Origin: an uncultured Gammaproteobacteria bacterium
Lineage (GTDB): Bacteria; Patescibacteriota; Patescibacteriia; UBA2591; UBA6264
NCBI GenBank assembly: GCA_964596735.1
Contig: CAZQVF010000003.1
Coordinates: forward strand, 42,611-106,610
Direction of reading: 5' to 3'
DNA length: 64,000 bases
A model generated the notes under the pieces. The model was not told the DNA's origin and did no database searches. It was given only the letters and a program-made list of their open reading frames with translations. Positions within the stretch are counted from its first letter, which is position 1. Each line of letters opens with the position of its first letter. The translations under genes were made by a program, and so were the position numbers. Of the stretch, positions 8,897 to 18,587 are shown in pieces.

Positions 8897-11278
8897 TTAA
8901 AAATCTCTTAAAAGGGCATCAAATTTTTCCTTCATCATTTTAATAACCTTTTCTTCAATTTCTTTAACCTCTTTTGATTTCAAAGTTCTGTCCCCGGCCT
9001 GATAAGTAATATGAAAAGCCCGGTTGTATTTGTTGCCAAACCTTTTGTTTTCAAAAGTATCTTCAAAGGCAACCTCTTTAATCAATGAGTCAATTTGATG
9101 AATCTGATGGCATATCTCAAACCAATTAGCTTTTTTACCAATTAAAAAAGCCAAGTCTCTTTTTACAGCTGGATAAGGAGAAGATCTGGAAAATTCCTTC
9201 ACCCCAACAAGCTTGCTTAATTCTTCCAGGTCAAGTTCAAAATAACCAGTTTGAGAATCATGCTCTCCAACAAAACCAATTTCCTGTTGATTAAAGTAAA
9301 CAAGTATTTTATTTAAAGATTTAGATTGATACTCTATATTCTCTCTTATTTGTCTTTCAATTTCATTGCCTCGTCCCCCCATGATTGTTTGTAAAATTTG
9401 CTCAACAATGCTTTTGGCGATAAAACATTTGTTCTGGCAACATTTTGCATAGACATCTCCCTGATCAATCTTCTTTTTTGTTTCTTTGCTAAAAACCAAA
9501 CCAGCCACTTTGGCTTTTTCTTTTGGATTAAAAACCCGGCCAATTTCAAAAATCTTAAACTCAGAATAACTCTGAGAGTTTTTAATTGCATTTTTAACTA
9601 ACCCAGGAATCAAACTCTGTCTTAAATACTGTTGGACTTCACTTAAAGGATTGGCTACTTCTCTGTAATTTTCTTTCTTACCAAAATACTTTATTGCTTT
9701 TTCATCAGCAAAAGCATAGTTATAGACTTCGTCAAAGCCAAGCCCAATTAAAATATTCTTTAACTGATTATTTAAATGATATTCTTTTATTTGTTCAACG
9801 GGTTGAAGCTCAGCTAAAATTGGTAAAGGGGTAATCTTCTCTGCTCCATAAATCCTAACCACTTCTTCAACTAAATCTTCAAAAATATTTAAATCTGGCC
9901 GATGACAAGGTAAAACAACAGAAAGTTTTTTACCCCTTGTTTTTACTTGAGCATCTAATCCTTTTAAAATCTTTATCATTTGCTGATCTTTAATATCCGC
10001 CCCAATAAACATTCTCGCCCTGACTGGATCAAAAACAATTTCTTTTTTTTGTTTTAAAGACTTATTAGCCTCATTGCTCTTTACATCATAAATCTTACTA
10101 ACCACCTTTCCATTGGCCAAGTCTTGGATTAATTCAATGGTTCGGGCTAAACCTAATTCTGGAAAAACCATGGGCAGGCCTTTTTCAAAACGAACCACGG
10201 CTTCGGTTCTTAAGCCAAAACGCCAGGCTGTGCGCCGAATATTTGCTGGATCAAAACTAGCTGATTCAATAACAATTCTTTTAGTAGAATCAGTAATGCC
10301 TGATAATTCCCCGCCAATAATCCCGCCTAAAGCAACTGGTTTTTTAGCATCAGCAATAACCAGATTATCAGTTGATAATTTATACTCTTGCCCGTCTAAA
10401 GCCATTAGCTTTTCATTAGTTTTAGCTCTTCTAATAATAATTTTATTTTCTTTTATCTTGTCTGCATCAAAAGCGTGCACTGGCTTGCCCATCTCCACCA
10501 TCACATAATTAGTTATATCAACCACATTATTAATTGGTTTCATGCCTAGGTTGCGCAATCTGGTTTGCAACCAATCAGGCGAAGGAGCAATTTTAATATC
10601 ATCCATAACCACAGCCATATATCTTGGGCAAAACTTCTTATCTAAAACTTTAATTTGCAAAGGGCTCTTAGTTGATTTTTGAGGGTTAAGTTTAAAATCC
10701 TGAATCTTAGCTTTAATTCCCAAAATAGCTCCAATTTCTCTGGCAAAACCAACATGATTAAACAGATCTGGCCGATGAGTCAATGATTTGTTTTCCACAT
10801 CTAAAATAGTATCATCTAATCCCAAGGCCTTAATAATCTGTATCCCTGTTTTAGTCTCCTTGGGGAAATACATCAGACCCAGGTCAGTTAATTCCAGTCC
10901 CAGCTCCTCATCGGAACAAATCATGCCCTCAGACATCAACCCCCTTATCTTGCCTCTTCTAATTTCAATTCCTGTTGGTAATTTAGCCGGCCCTAACAAA
11001 ACTGGGATTTTGTTACCTACCTCTATTTTAAAAAGCTGCCCAAATATCATTTGAACCACCCTGGAACCTATATCAATCTTGCTAACAAAAAGCTTGTCTG
11101 CATTAGGGTGCTTTTTAATCTCTTTAACCTCACCAACCACCACCTTTTCCAATCCTCCTCCTAACTTCTCAACTTTTTCAACCTCGGCTATTTGCATGCT
11201 TAAAATCTCTCCTAACTGCTGAGGAGATTTTTTTAAACCAGGTAAAAGCTGTTTTAACCACTGATATGATAACTTCAT
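8897..11278 (-). CDS. pheT: Phenylalanine--tRNA ligase beta subunit.
   Basis: 793 aa with the N-terminus MKLSYQWLKQLLP and B3/4, B5 and FDX-ACB architecture. Adjacent to pheS. Confidence 0.9.
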   Translation of the reverse strand: MKLSYQWLKQLLPGLKKSPQQLGEILSMQIAEVEKVEKLGGGLEKVVVGEVKEIKKHPNADKLFVSKIDIGSRVVQMIFGQLFKIEVGNKIPVLLGPAKLPTGIEIRRGKIRGLMSEGMICSDEELGLELTDLGLMYFPKETKTGIQIIKALGLDDTILDVENKSLTHRPDLFNHVGFAREIGAILGIKAKIQDFKLNPQKSTKSPLQIKVLDKKFCPRYMAVVMDDIKIAPSPDWLQTRLRNLGMKPINNVVDITNYVMVEMGKPVHAFDADKIKENKIIIRRAKTNEKLMALDGQEYKLSTDNLVIADAKKPVALGGIIGGELSGITDSTKRIVIESASFDPANIRRTAWRFGLRTEAVVRFEKGLPMVFPELGLARTIELIQDLANGKVVSKIYDVKSNEANKSLKQKKEIVFDPVRARMFIGADIKDQQMIKILKGLDAQVKTRGKKLSVVLPCHRPDLNIFEDLVEEVVRIYGAEKITPLPILAELQPVEQIKEYHLNNQLKNILIGLGFDEVYNYAFADEKAIKYFGKKENYREVANPLSEVQQYLRQSLIPGLVKNAIKNSQSYSEFKIFEIGRVFNPKEKAKVAGLVFSKETKKKIDQGDVYAKCCQNKCFIAKSIVEQILQTIMGGRGNEIERQIRENIEYQSKSLNKILVYFNQQEIGFVGEHDSQTGYFELDLEELSKLVGVKEFSRSSPYPAVKRDLAFLIGKKANWFEICHQIHQIDSLIKEVAFEDTFENKRFGNKYNRAFHITYQAGDRTLKSKEVKEIEEKVIKMMKEKFDALLRDF

Positions 11279-11314
11279 ATTAATTCAAGAAATATATATT
11301 ATTCAAAGGCGAAT

Positions 11315-11339
11315 CAAGGTTCTGCGAAGCAGGTTCTTA
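11315..11339. repeat. Intergenic motif copy 1: CAAGGTTCTGC-gaa-GCAGGTTCTTA. It overlaps the pheS stop codon.
   Basis: Near-identical to copies at 16942-16966 and, in reverse complement, at 57115-57147. Confidence 0.6.
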
Positions 11340-12359
11340 AAACTGTCTAATAAATCTTAAATCACCTGAATGAAGCAAGCGAATATCATCAATTTTATGC
11401 TTCATCATTATTAATCTATCCAAGCCCACGCCAAAAGCAAAACCAGTATATTTTCCATGAGCATAACCAGCGTGTTTAAAAACCTCGGGATGAATCATGC
11501 CTGAGCCAAGAATCTCTACCCAGCCGGTCTGGGAACAGACTGGACAGCCCTTTCCTCCACAATTTAAACAAGCGAAATCAATCTCAAAACTAGGCTCGGT
11601 AAAGGGAAAATAGCTTGGCCGTAATCTAATCTTCACCTTTGTTTTAAATAAGGCGTTTAAAAAGGTTTTTAAAGTATAAATTAAATTAGCAACACTGATT
11701 TCCTTGTCCACGGCAAAACCTTCTACTTGATAAATGGTATGTTCATGAGAAGCATCAGTTGCCTCATGGCGGAAACATTTACCAATGACACAAACCTTTA
11801 AAGGTGGTTTTCTTTTCTCCATTACCCTCACCTGCATCGGTGAAGTATGGGTTCTTAATAATTCACCTTTTTTCGATTTGATATAAAAGGTGTCCCACAT
11901 ATCCCGGGCCGGATGACCCTCAGGAATATTTAAAGCTTCAAAATTATAATAATCTGTTTCAAGTTCTGGTCCTTCTAAAACTTCAAAACCCATAGAAGAA
12001 AAAATATCAGCCACCATTTGTTTTCCCTGAGTTAAGGGATGTAAATGTCCAAACTCTATTTTCTTTCCCGGCAAAGTAAAATCCAAAGCCGCACCTTTGG
12101 CTTTGGAACCAGAACTAGATAACTCTCTTTTCTTATTATCAATGGCCTGCTCAATTTCTTGTTTAACCTGATTAGCCGAACTACCAACTCTTGGCTTCTC
12201 ATTATCGGGCAGGTCTTTTAAGCCGCGTAAAACCTTTGTTAATTCTCCGTTTTGCCGACCCAAATATTGGCGCCAGACCTTGTCCAAGTCTGCCCCATTT
12301 TTAACCTGATTAATTTGTTCTAAGGCCTTGCTTTTTAATTGTTTAATTTGCTCAATCAT
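11337..12359 (-). CDS. pheS: Phenylalanine--tRNA ligase alpha subunit.
   Basis: FRHEATDASHEHTIYQVEGF class II aaRS motifs. Confidence 0.9.
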   Translation of the reverse strand: MIEQIKQLKSKALEQINQVKNGADLDKVWRQYLGRQNGELTKVLRGLKDLPDNEKPRVGSSANQVKQEIEQAIDNKKRELSSSGSKAKGAALDFTLPGKKIEFGHLHPLTQGKQMVADIFSSMGFEVLEGPELETDYYNFEALNIPEGHPARDMWDTFYIKSKKGELLRTHTSPMQVRVMEKRKPPLKVCVIGKCFRHEATDASHEHTIYQVEGFAVDKEISVANLIYTLKTFLNALFKTKVKIRLRPSYFPFTEPSFEIDFACLNCGGKGCPVCSQTGWVEILGSGMIHPEVFKHAGYAHGKYTGFAFGVGLDRLIMMKHKIDDIRLLHSGDLRFIRQF

Positions 12360-12745
12360 GCCTTGTACTTTTTACGCGAAGAAAGAAAGAAAAATTCTAA
12401 AAACATTAAAAATAAGAGTAAAAACACACCATTCCACCATCTTAAAATACCTAGATTCTGCAACAAAAATAAACCGACAACTAAAAAACTTAACCAGATT
12501 CCCTGGCGGAAAGACGCTTCTACTTGTTTAAAAACCGGCCCCTTGTTTAAGCGAGTTCGGACAAGAAAGCCAATGATTGCTGCCGTTCCCACAATAGCCA
12601 AGAACAAACTAAAATAAAACAAGACAAAACCAATTAACCCTGTTTCTTTTGGATTAACAAAAAAAATAACAAAAACCCAGGCTAACCAACAAATAATGGT
12701 TAAAATGCTCATTAAATTAAGGTATTTTTTCAAAGTCATAAACAA
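12356..12745 (-). CDS. Hypothetical membrane protein, 129 aa, 3-4 TM.
   Basis: Hydrophobic ORF with a 4-nt overlap onto the pheS start. Confidence 0.4.
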   Translation of the reverse strand: MFMTLKKYLNLMSILTIICWLAWVFVIFFVNPKETGLIGFVLFYFSLFLAIVGTAAIIGFLVRTRLNKGPVFKQVEASFRQGIWLSFLVVGLFLLQNLGILRWWNGVFLLLFLMFLEFFFLSSRKKYKA

Positions 12746-12797
12746 AAGATAAATAATAAAGTAATTTAATTATAACATGTTTTAAAACTCTGGCAAT

Positions 12798-15700
12798 TTA
12801 TTCCTGCCGATACTGACAAATATTGTAAAAATCGCAAAACTTGCACATCCGACTAGGCTGAGCAGGAAAATCACCCTTTTTTATCTTCTCAATAGTCTTA
12901 ATAGCGTTTTCTTCTACTTTTTTCAAATCATCATCTTTGCCTAAAAAAGAAATCCTCTCCCCTGATTCTAAATAATAAAAAGTTAATTGGTGAACCGGCT
13001 TGTCAAAAGCCTCATGTAAATGCTGGGCGGCTAATTGATAAAGATACAATTGTTGCTTTTTTTCAAAACCAAGACTTGCTTTGTTCTGGCCGGTTTTGTA
13101 ATCAATAATTTCATATCCCTGATCTGTTTCATCAACCCGGTCAATCACCCCTCTAATTATGTATTTATCTAATTTAAAATTAAACTGCTTTTCCAAATAT
13201 TTCATATTTGGTTTATTCTGAACAAAATCATGATAAAACATTTTCAAAGCTTGTTTGCCTTTTCCCTTATACTTCTCCTGATGATCTTTACTGTCATACC
13301 AGTCCTCAATCCATGACTGCTCATAAATCTTTATCAAGTCATCAAAAGAAAGCTGGTTTTTTGATTGAGGTTTTTTCTCGCCAAATAAATCCCTTTGAAC
13401 CACATCTTTCTGCCCTCGCCACATCTGACAAAAACGATAAAGCGTATTATGCAGGCTTCTGCCAAAACTAAAAACATAACGGCCTTGACGAGGAATTCTT
13501 AAAATAAAACCAAACTTGTATTGTAAGGGACAGGTGTTAAAAGCCATAAACTGGGAAAAACTAAACCTTAAGGGCAGAGCTATGTCTGTCTTTTGTTTTT
13601 CTTCTTGTTTTACTAAGGGCTTGGTTAAAACATCTGTTTTTTCCTCAACTTTAATTGGCTTATCTTTTTTTACCAAACCTAATTCATATAAGAAACGAGA
13701 TGATTTTTTAAGAGTTTTTCCTCCATAATCTTCAGCCGAGGTCAGATAAAGACTGTGTTTGGCCCGGGTTAAAGCAACATAGAAAAGCCGTCTTTCTTCT
13801 TGCAAATGCACATCTCCCTGGGGAATAATTTCTTTAATCAAATCCACAGGTAATTCAATTGGCTCTTTGCGGTCAATACTGGGAAATCTCTTGTCTACTA
13901 AATTAACAATAAAAACATATTTAAATTCCAAGCCCTTGGCACTGTGAATGGTGCTGACTTTAACTGACTCAGGTCCCTGTTCTAATTCTGCATCAATACT
14001 GCCTGTATCTCCGGTACTAATCATTAAATCAATCAAACGAATAAATGCGCCAACTGATTTATCAAAATTAATTGCTTCAAAGTTCTCTATTTTTTTAAAA
14101 AACTGATTTAACCAAAAAACACTTTCGCTGTCCTCTTGATTAGATAAAATTTTTAAATAACCAGTGTCTTGTAAAAAAGCATAAACAACCTTGCTCACAT
14201 TTTCTGTTTTAGCCAGTTCAGTATGCTTATCAATCCAGGATAAAAATAGGTTTAATTGAGTGATTGTTTGCTTGGAAAGCTGAAAAATACTGGTCGCTTT
14301 TTGCATGGCTTCATAAACAGACCATGACTTTTTATTGGCAAAATTAATTAAATGAGACACTTCATTGCTGCTAATCTTTTTATTAAAAATTGGGGAGGTT
14401 AAAACCCGATAAATCGCTGTGCTTTCATGGTAATTATCAAGAAGTTTAAGATAAGCCAAAATATCTAAAATCACTGGTTTGGAAAACAAGCCAGACCGGA
14501 CTAAAAACTGATGAGAAACATTGGCTAGACGCAAAGCCTGAACAAAAAGTTCGGCCTGGTGATTGGCCCTGACTAAAATGGCAAAATCATTCCAACTCGC
14601 TTCTTCGTCTTTTTGCTTAAGCTCAATAATCTTTTTAATCACCGCCCTAGCTTCATCTTCCTGAGTTTTTAAGTGTAAATGCCTAATCTCCCCTTTGTCT
14701 TTTTTCTCTGCCTTTAATTTTTTAATAATATCTTTATCCTGAGCTTCTAGTCTTTCTGGATTGTTTAATTGAATAAAATTATAGGCTAAGTCTAAAATCT
14801 TTTGCTGGGAACGGTAATTCTTAATCAAGACCACCTGCTCTGTTTTGGGATAATCTTTTTTAAACTGCAAGACATTGTTATAAGAAGCGCCGCGAAATTT
14901 ATAAATAGAATTGTGAACAACTATTCCATTAGCCACAAAGTTATGACTTCGTTCTATTTCTAGATCATAAACTGTCAAATTTTTAATTTCTTCTTTAACT
15001 TCAATAACTTGGTCGTAAATCACCCCGTTCCTTTTAGTCGCCACTGGTAGATATAATCCTTGTAAAACATTGCTTGCCGGCATAATCAATGCTTTTTGAA
15101 AAACAATATTTGTTTTTCCAACAGTAAAACCGTTTTCTAAAATTCCTCCAGTCACCTTTTGCAATTTTTCAGCTATCTTGCCTATTTTTTTTATATCTTT
15201 ACTTTCTGCTTTAAAACGATAACCCTTTCTGGCTTTTGTTAAATTAAAACCGGCTTTTCTTAATTTATTAATTGTTCTCTTATCCGAAGTTTCAACAGAG
15301 GCTTGATGACGAATCAATGGATTTGTTAAAAATCCGTCTTTATCATATTTACTTCTATATCGCCTCTTGCACATATCAAAATTAATCTTGATTCTCAATT
15401 TACTACCTCTGTTTACTGCATCTAAAGAGTAATGGTGGGCACTTAAATCTATTTTTAAATCTCTAGCTAGTCTTCTTGCGCCATCTTCTACATTAATCTT
15501 TTTATATAATTTAATCATCCAATCACCTTTTATCATTACTCTGTCTCTCTCCTTAAAACAAGTCGTTTGTATGCCATACTTCAAAGAGTATAAGGTTTCA
15601 TAAAAACGAGCCTCTTCCTCACTTTGACAAGCTTTAATAGCTAGAATTTTATCTGCTGATCGTTCTAATTTTAACCTTACAGCTAAATTATTTGTTGTCC

Positions 15701-16844
15701 CTATTCGCCAACCTACATCATCTCGTCTCATTAAATAAACATAATAGTATTTTTTCTCTCTTGAAACACGGGGCGTAAAGCAAAACATTTTATGATTATC
15801 AGTAACTTGAACCCTGTATCCTTTCTTTGTTTTAAAAGTAAGCATTTTTGCTTTCTTTTTTCTTTTAAAGACTTTATTTACTTTTGAATAACTTAAATAA
15901 CCCTTGCCTACTGCTGTAGCAACTAAAGCGCCCTTTTTTATCTGATCTATCCTCTGAGTACCCCTTTTTGTTTGAACTAAAGTGTTACCAGGCAAACATT
16001 GGTCATCGTCAGAAACAGCGGTCATGTTATTCTTGGGCTGAGCCAGCATCTGCAGTAATTTATACTGGGCCCAGTTAGTGTCTTGAAACTCATCAACTAA
16101 GATATATTTAAACTGCTCTTGGTATTTTTTCAAAATCTGCGGTCTTTTTTCAAAAAGCTTTAAAGTGTAATTTATTAAATCACCAAAGTCCAAGGCATTG
16201 TTTTCTAAAAGCAATTGCTGATAAGTATGATAAGCATTGGCAATTTCTTTTAAACGGCTGGTTTCCTGGTCAAGCAATTCATCTGACATGCTCGTGTCTT
16301 TGTCTAGTTTTAAATTCTCCACATAATCTAAATATTCTTCCGGACTAATTAACTCATCTTTGGCCCGAGAAAAATGTTTAACCAGACTTTGGATAAACTT
16401 AGTCGGATTGCCCAAGGGCCGGTAATAATCCAAGTCAAACTTGTCAAAATTGTCCTGAACTAAAAAGCTTTGTTGGGCCTGATTTAATAATTTAAAATTC
16501 AGAGGCAGGCCAATATCTAAGGCATGCTGTTGCAAGATTCTTTCACAAAAGGAATGAAAAGTGGAAATCCATAAATCAACATAGCCATAAGGAAGCAACT
16601 TATCTATTCTCTCTTCCATTTCCTGAGCCGCTTTATCAGTAAAAGTTAAAGCTAAAACCTGGTCTGTCTTGACCAGATTACTCAAAATCAACCAAGCCAC
16701 CCGCCTGGTAATAACAGTTGTTTTGCCTGTACCGGCTCCGGCAATAATTAATAAAGGGCCTTGTCCATGAGTTACTGCTTTTTTTTGCTCAGAATTAAGC
16801 CCTTTTAAAATTTTATTACCTAATTCTTTTTCTGACATATGCAT
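12798..16844 (-). CDS. UvrD/PcrA-family helicase interrupted by an intein, with a C-terminal Cys-cluster nuclease-like domain.
   Basis: Walker A AGAGTGKTT and DEFQD motif II. An intein is inserted in motif III between DDDQ and SIYKFRGA. The C-terminus has Cys residues (CKFCDFYNIC) resembling the AddB/Cas4-type FeS nuclease cap. Confidence 0.85.
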   Translation of the reverse strand: MHMSEKELGNKILKGLNSEQKKAVTHGQGPLLIIAGAGTGKTTVITRRVAWLILSNLVKTDQVLALTFTDKAAQEMEERIDKLLPYGYVDLWISTFHSFCERILQQHALDIGLPLNFKLLNQAQQSFLVQDNFDKFDLDYYRPLGNPTKFIQSLVKHFSRAKDELISPEEYLDYVENLKLDKDTSMSDELLDQETSRLKEIANAYHTYQQLLLENNALDFGDLINYTLKLFEKRPQILKKYQEQFKYILVDEFQDTNWAQYKLLQMLAQPKNNMTAVSDDDQCLPGNTLVQTKRGTQRIDQIKKGALVATAVGKGYLSYSKVNKVFKRKKKAKMLTFKTKKGYRVQVTDNHKMFCFTPRVSREKKYYYVYLMRRDDVGWRIGTTNNLAVRLKLERSADKILAIKACQSEEEARFYETLYSLKYGIQTTCFKERDRVMIKGDWMIKLYKKINVEDGARRLARDLKIDLSAHHYSLDAVNRGSKLRIKINFDMCKRRYRSKYDKDGFLTNPLIRHQASVETSDKRTINKLRKAGFNLTKARKGYRFKAESKDIKKIGKIAEKLQKVTGGILENGFTVGKTNIVFQKALIMPASNVLQGLYLPVATKRNGVIYDQVIEVKEEIKNLTVYDLEIERSHNFVANGIVVHNSIYKFRGASYNNVLQFKKDYPKTEQVVLIKNYRSQQKILDLAYNFIQLNNPERLEAQDKDIIKKLKAEKKDKGEIRHLHLKTQEDEARAVIKKIIELKQKDEEASWNDFAILVRANHQAELFVQALRLANVSHQFLVRSGLFSKPVILDILAYLKLLDNYHESTAIYRVLTSPIFNKKISSNEVSHLINFANKKSWSVYEAMQKATSIFQLSKQTITQLNLFLSWIDKHTELAKTENVSKVVYAFLQDTGYLKILSNQEDSESVFWLNQFFKKIENFEAINFDKSVGAFIRLIDLMISTGDTGSIDAELEQGPESVKVSTIHSAKGLEFKYVFIVNLVDKRFPSIDRKEPIELPVDLIKEIIPQGDVHLQEERRLFYVALTRAKHSLYLTSAEDYGGKTLKKSSRFLYELGLVKKDKPIKVEEKTDVLTKPLVKQEEKQKTDIALPLRFSFSQFMAFNTCPLQYKFGFILRIPRQGRYVFSFGRSLHNTLYRFCQMWRGQKDVVQRDLFGEKKPQSKNQLSFDDLIKIYEQSWIEDWYDSKDHQEKYKGKGKQALKMFYHDFVQNKPNMKYLEKQFNFKLDKYIIRGVIDRVDETDQGYEIIDYKTGQNKASLGFEKKQQLYLYQLAAQHLHEAFDKPVHQLTFYYLESGERISFLGKDDDLKKVEENAIKTIEKIKKGDFPAQPSRMCKFCDFYNICQYRQE
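14910..15998 (-). mobile_element. Intein, about 363 aa, from Cys at aa 283 to His-Asn at aa 644-645, inside the helicase gene.
   Basis: N-terminal CLPGNTLV (block A), C-terminal HNFVANGIVVHN followed by the +1 Ser (block G). Its size implies an embedded homing endonuclease domain. Confidence 0.75.
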
Positions 16845-16941
16845 ATTTTAACATAAAAAAAAGAGCCTGACAAAGGGATAATTTTAAGAAAAATTATTAT
16901 AATTAAATTACTTTATTATCTATATAATAAATATTTAATTT

Positions 16942-16966
16942 CAAGGTTCTGCGTAGCAGGTTCTTA
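16942..16966. repeat. Intergenic motif copy 2: CAAGGTTCTGC-gta-GCAGGTTCTTA. It overlaps the tatD stop codon.
   Basis: Same motif as at 11315-11339. Confidence 0.6.
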
Positions 16967-17749
16967 TAATTTAAATAATTTTTTTGCATTTTTAGTGGTT
17001 TGATCAACCACTTGATCAAAGGTAAGATTTTTAATCTCAGAAATTCTCTGAGCTATAAAACGGACATAAACAGGCTCGTTTCTCTGTCCGCGATAAGGCT
17101 CGGGAGCTAAAAAAGGACAATCAGTTTCTAATAAAATCCTGTCTAAAGGACTTTTTTCCACCACTTGTAAAAGCCCTGGAGTAGCATTTTTAAACGTAAT
17201 CGGACCGGTAAAACCGATGTAAAGACCAAGATTTAAAAACTCTTGTCCAATAGACCAATCAGCAGAAAAACAATGAATCACTCCTTTGGGAATTTGTTTT
17301 AAATCTTTAATTATCTCTAATAATTCCAAATAAGCATTATTGGGATTATCCTTGTTCCCCCGGCAATGAAGAATAACTGGCAAATCATGTTCCTGAGCTA
17401 ATTTAATATGTTGCAAAAATACTTTTTTTTGCAAATCTCGACTATCTTGATGATGATAAAAATCCAAACCTGTTTCCCCTATGGCCTTAATCTGGTCTTT
17501 GTTTTCTTTGATTAATAAATCAAGTTTTTCTTTGTCAAAATCCTCATCTTTAACATGAATGGGATGAAGTCCAATGGCAGAAAAACAATTTTCAAATTCC
17601 TGACTTATTTTAACCGCCTTCTTGCTGGTTTCCAGGTTTGACCCAACACTAATTACGGCTTTTAGTCCTTGGTTAAAATTATGCTCAATTACCTGAGCAT
17701 AATCATTTTTAAATATTTTAAAATTTAAATGGGCATGGGTGTCAATCAT
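16964..17749 (-). CDS. tatD: TatD-family metal-dependent deoxyribonuclease / hydrolase.
   Basis: MIDTHAHLNF N-terminus and the TIM-barrel hydrolase pattern. Confidence 0.85.
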   Translation of the reverse strand: MIDTHAHLNFKIFKNDYAQVIEHNFNQGLKAVISVGSNLETSKKAVKISQEFENCFSAIGLHPIHVKDEDFDKEKLDLLIKENKDQIKAIGETGLDFYHHQDSRDLQKKVFLQHIKLAQEHDLPVILHCRGNKDNPNNAYLELLEIIKDLKQIPKGVIHCFSADWSIGQEFLNLGLYIGFTGPITFKNATPGLLQVVEKSPLDRILLETDCPFLAPEPYRGQRNEPVYVRFIAQRISEIKNLTFDQVVDQTTKNAKKLFKL

Positions 17750-18186
17750 TTTATTTGTTCATTATTCAAATCAAAAGCTAAGGGTAATAATTCTGAAAGT
17801 TTGGCAATAATGACTTTATCCTTGTCTGTATTAGACATAATTATATCTAAATCAGTGCCAGAAACCTTGGAAAACTCAAAAAGTATTTGCCGACAACTAC
17901 CACAGGGGGTAATTGGTTCGTTTTCGAAATTTGAGATCACAGCAATTGCTTTAAAATAACGCTCGCCCATGGCATTGGCCCTATAAACAGCCACTCTTTC
18001 AGCACAAATACCAGAAACAACATCTTTAACATTTGACCCAGTAATAACTTTATTGTCTTTGGTTAAAAGAGCGGCTCCAACAAATAATTTAGAATAAGGA
18101 TCATAAGCAGTTTTAACTGCTTTTTCTGCCTCTAATAATAAATCTTGATATTGTTTGTTTAAATCCTTAAAATTAGTATTTTTCAT
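17746..18186 (-). CDS. cdd: Cytidine / deoxycytidylate deaminase.
   Basis: CAERVA...PCGSCRQ zinc-binding CDA motifs. Confidence 0.8.
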   Translation of the reverse strand: MKNTNFKDLNKQYQDLLLEAEKAVKTAYDPYSKLFVGAALLTKDNKVITGSNVKDVVSGICAERVAVYRANAMGERYFKAIAVISNFENEPITPCGSCRQILFEFSKVSGTDLDIIMSNTDKDKVIIAKLSELLPLAFDLNNEQIK

Positions 18187-18299
18187 CTTATTTTTATTAA
18201 TATATTATCTCTAATGCTAATTATACTAAATTTTCCCTTATTTTACAACCTTAATAAACCCCTTGACTTTTTTAATGATATTGTTAATATAAGAATAAT

Positions 18300-18535
18300 A
18301 TTTAAGGAGGTTTCTTTAAAAAACTTGGCGGAGAAATGCGACGCATACTCGCATTGCTGACCAAAAGGTGCTGGGTGTTTGGCATCGGCTCGGGATAATT
18401 ACCCAAACTAAACGAGGCGTTCGCAAGTCATAATAAGGTGAAGTGCTTTTCTATCCTCTTTCCCATCCCTGGATTACAACGAAGCGTGGGTATGATCTAT
18501 ACCTCCCTTACCTTATTCAGCGTCCAGCACCTGAA
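18300..18535. ncRNA. Candidate structured ncRNA of unknown class and unresolved strand.
   Basis: A ~240-bp island of much higher GC than its surroundings. It has no ORF of 60 aa or more and several local hairpins, for example atgcga-cgcatac-tcgcat. Confidence 0.2.
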
Positions 18536-18543
18536 TTTGAAAA

Positions 18544-18570
18544 AGGCCCCTGAACCAGGGGCCTGTTTCT
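18544..18570. terminator. Bidirectional intrinsic terminator ggcccctg-aac-caggggcc.
   Basis: An 8-bp GC stem flanked by T-runs on both strands. Downstream of the CNNM gene stop at 18588. Confidence 0.5.
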
Positions 18571-18587
18571 TTATAAATTTTTAATTT

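Noticed and set aside
9346-10508. Several 60-130-aa ORFs antisense or out of frame within pheT (also within the helicase at 13208-13728 and dnaK at 49893-50480)
   Set aside because: They are embedded in long, well-supported genes. These are typical AT-rich spurious frames.
18300-18535. Possibility that the GC-rich island is RNase P RNA, SRP RNA or tmRNA
   Set aside because: I could not find the P4 consensus (GGAAAGTCCGGGC / ACAGAA.CCGGCTTA), the SRP domain-IV GGAA tetraloop motif or a tRNA-like tmRNA terminus on either strand. It is left as unclassified.
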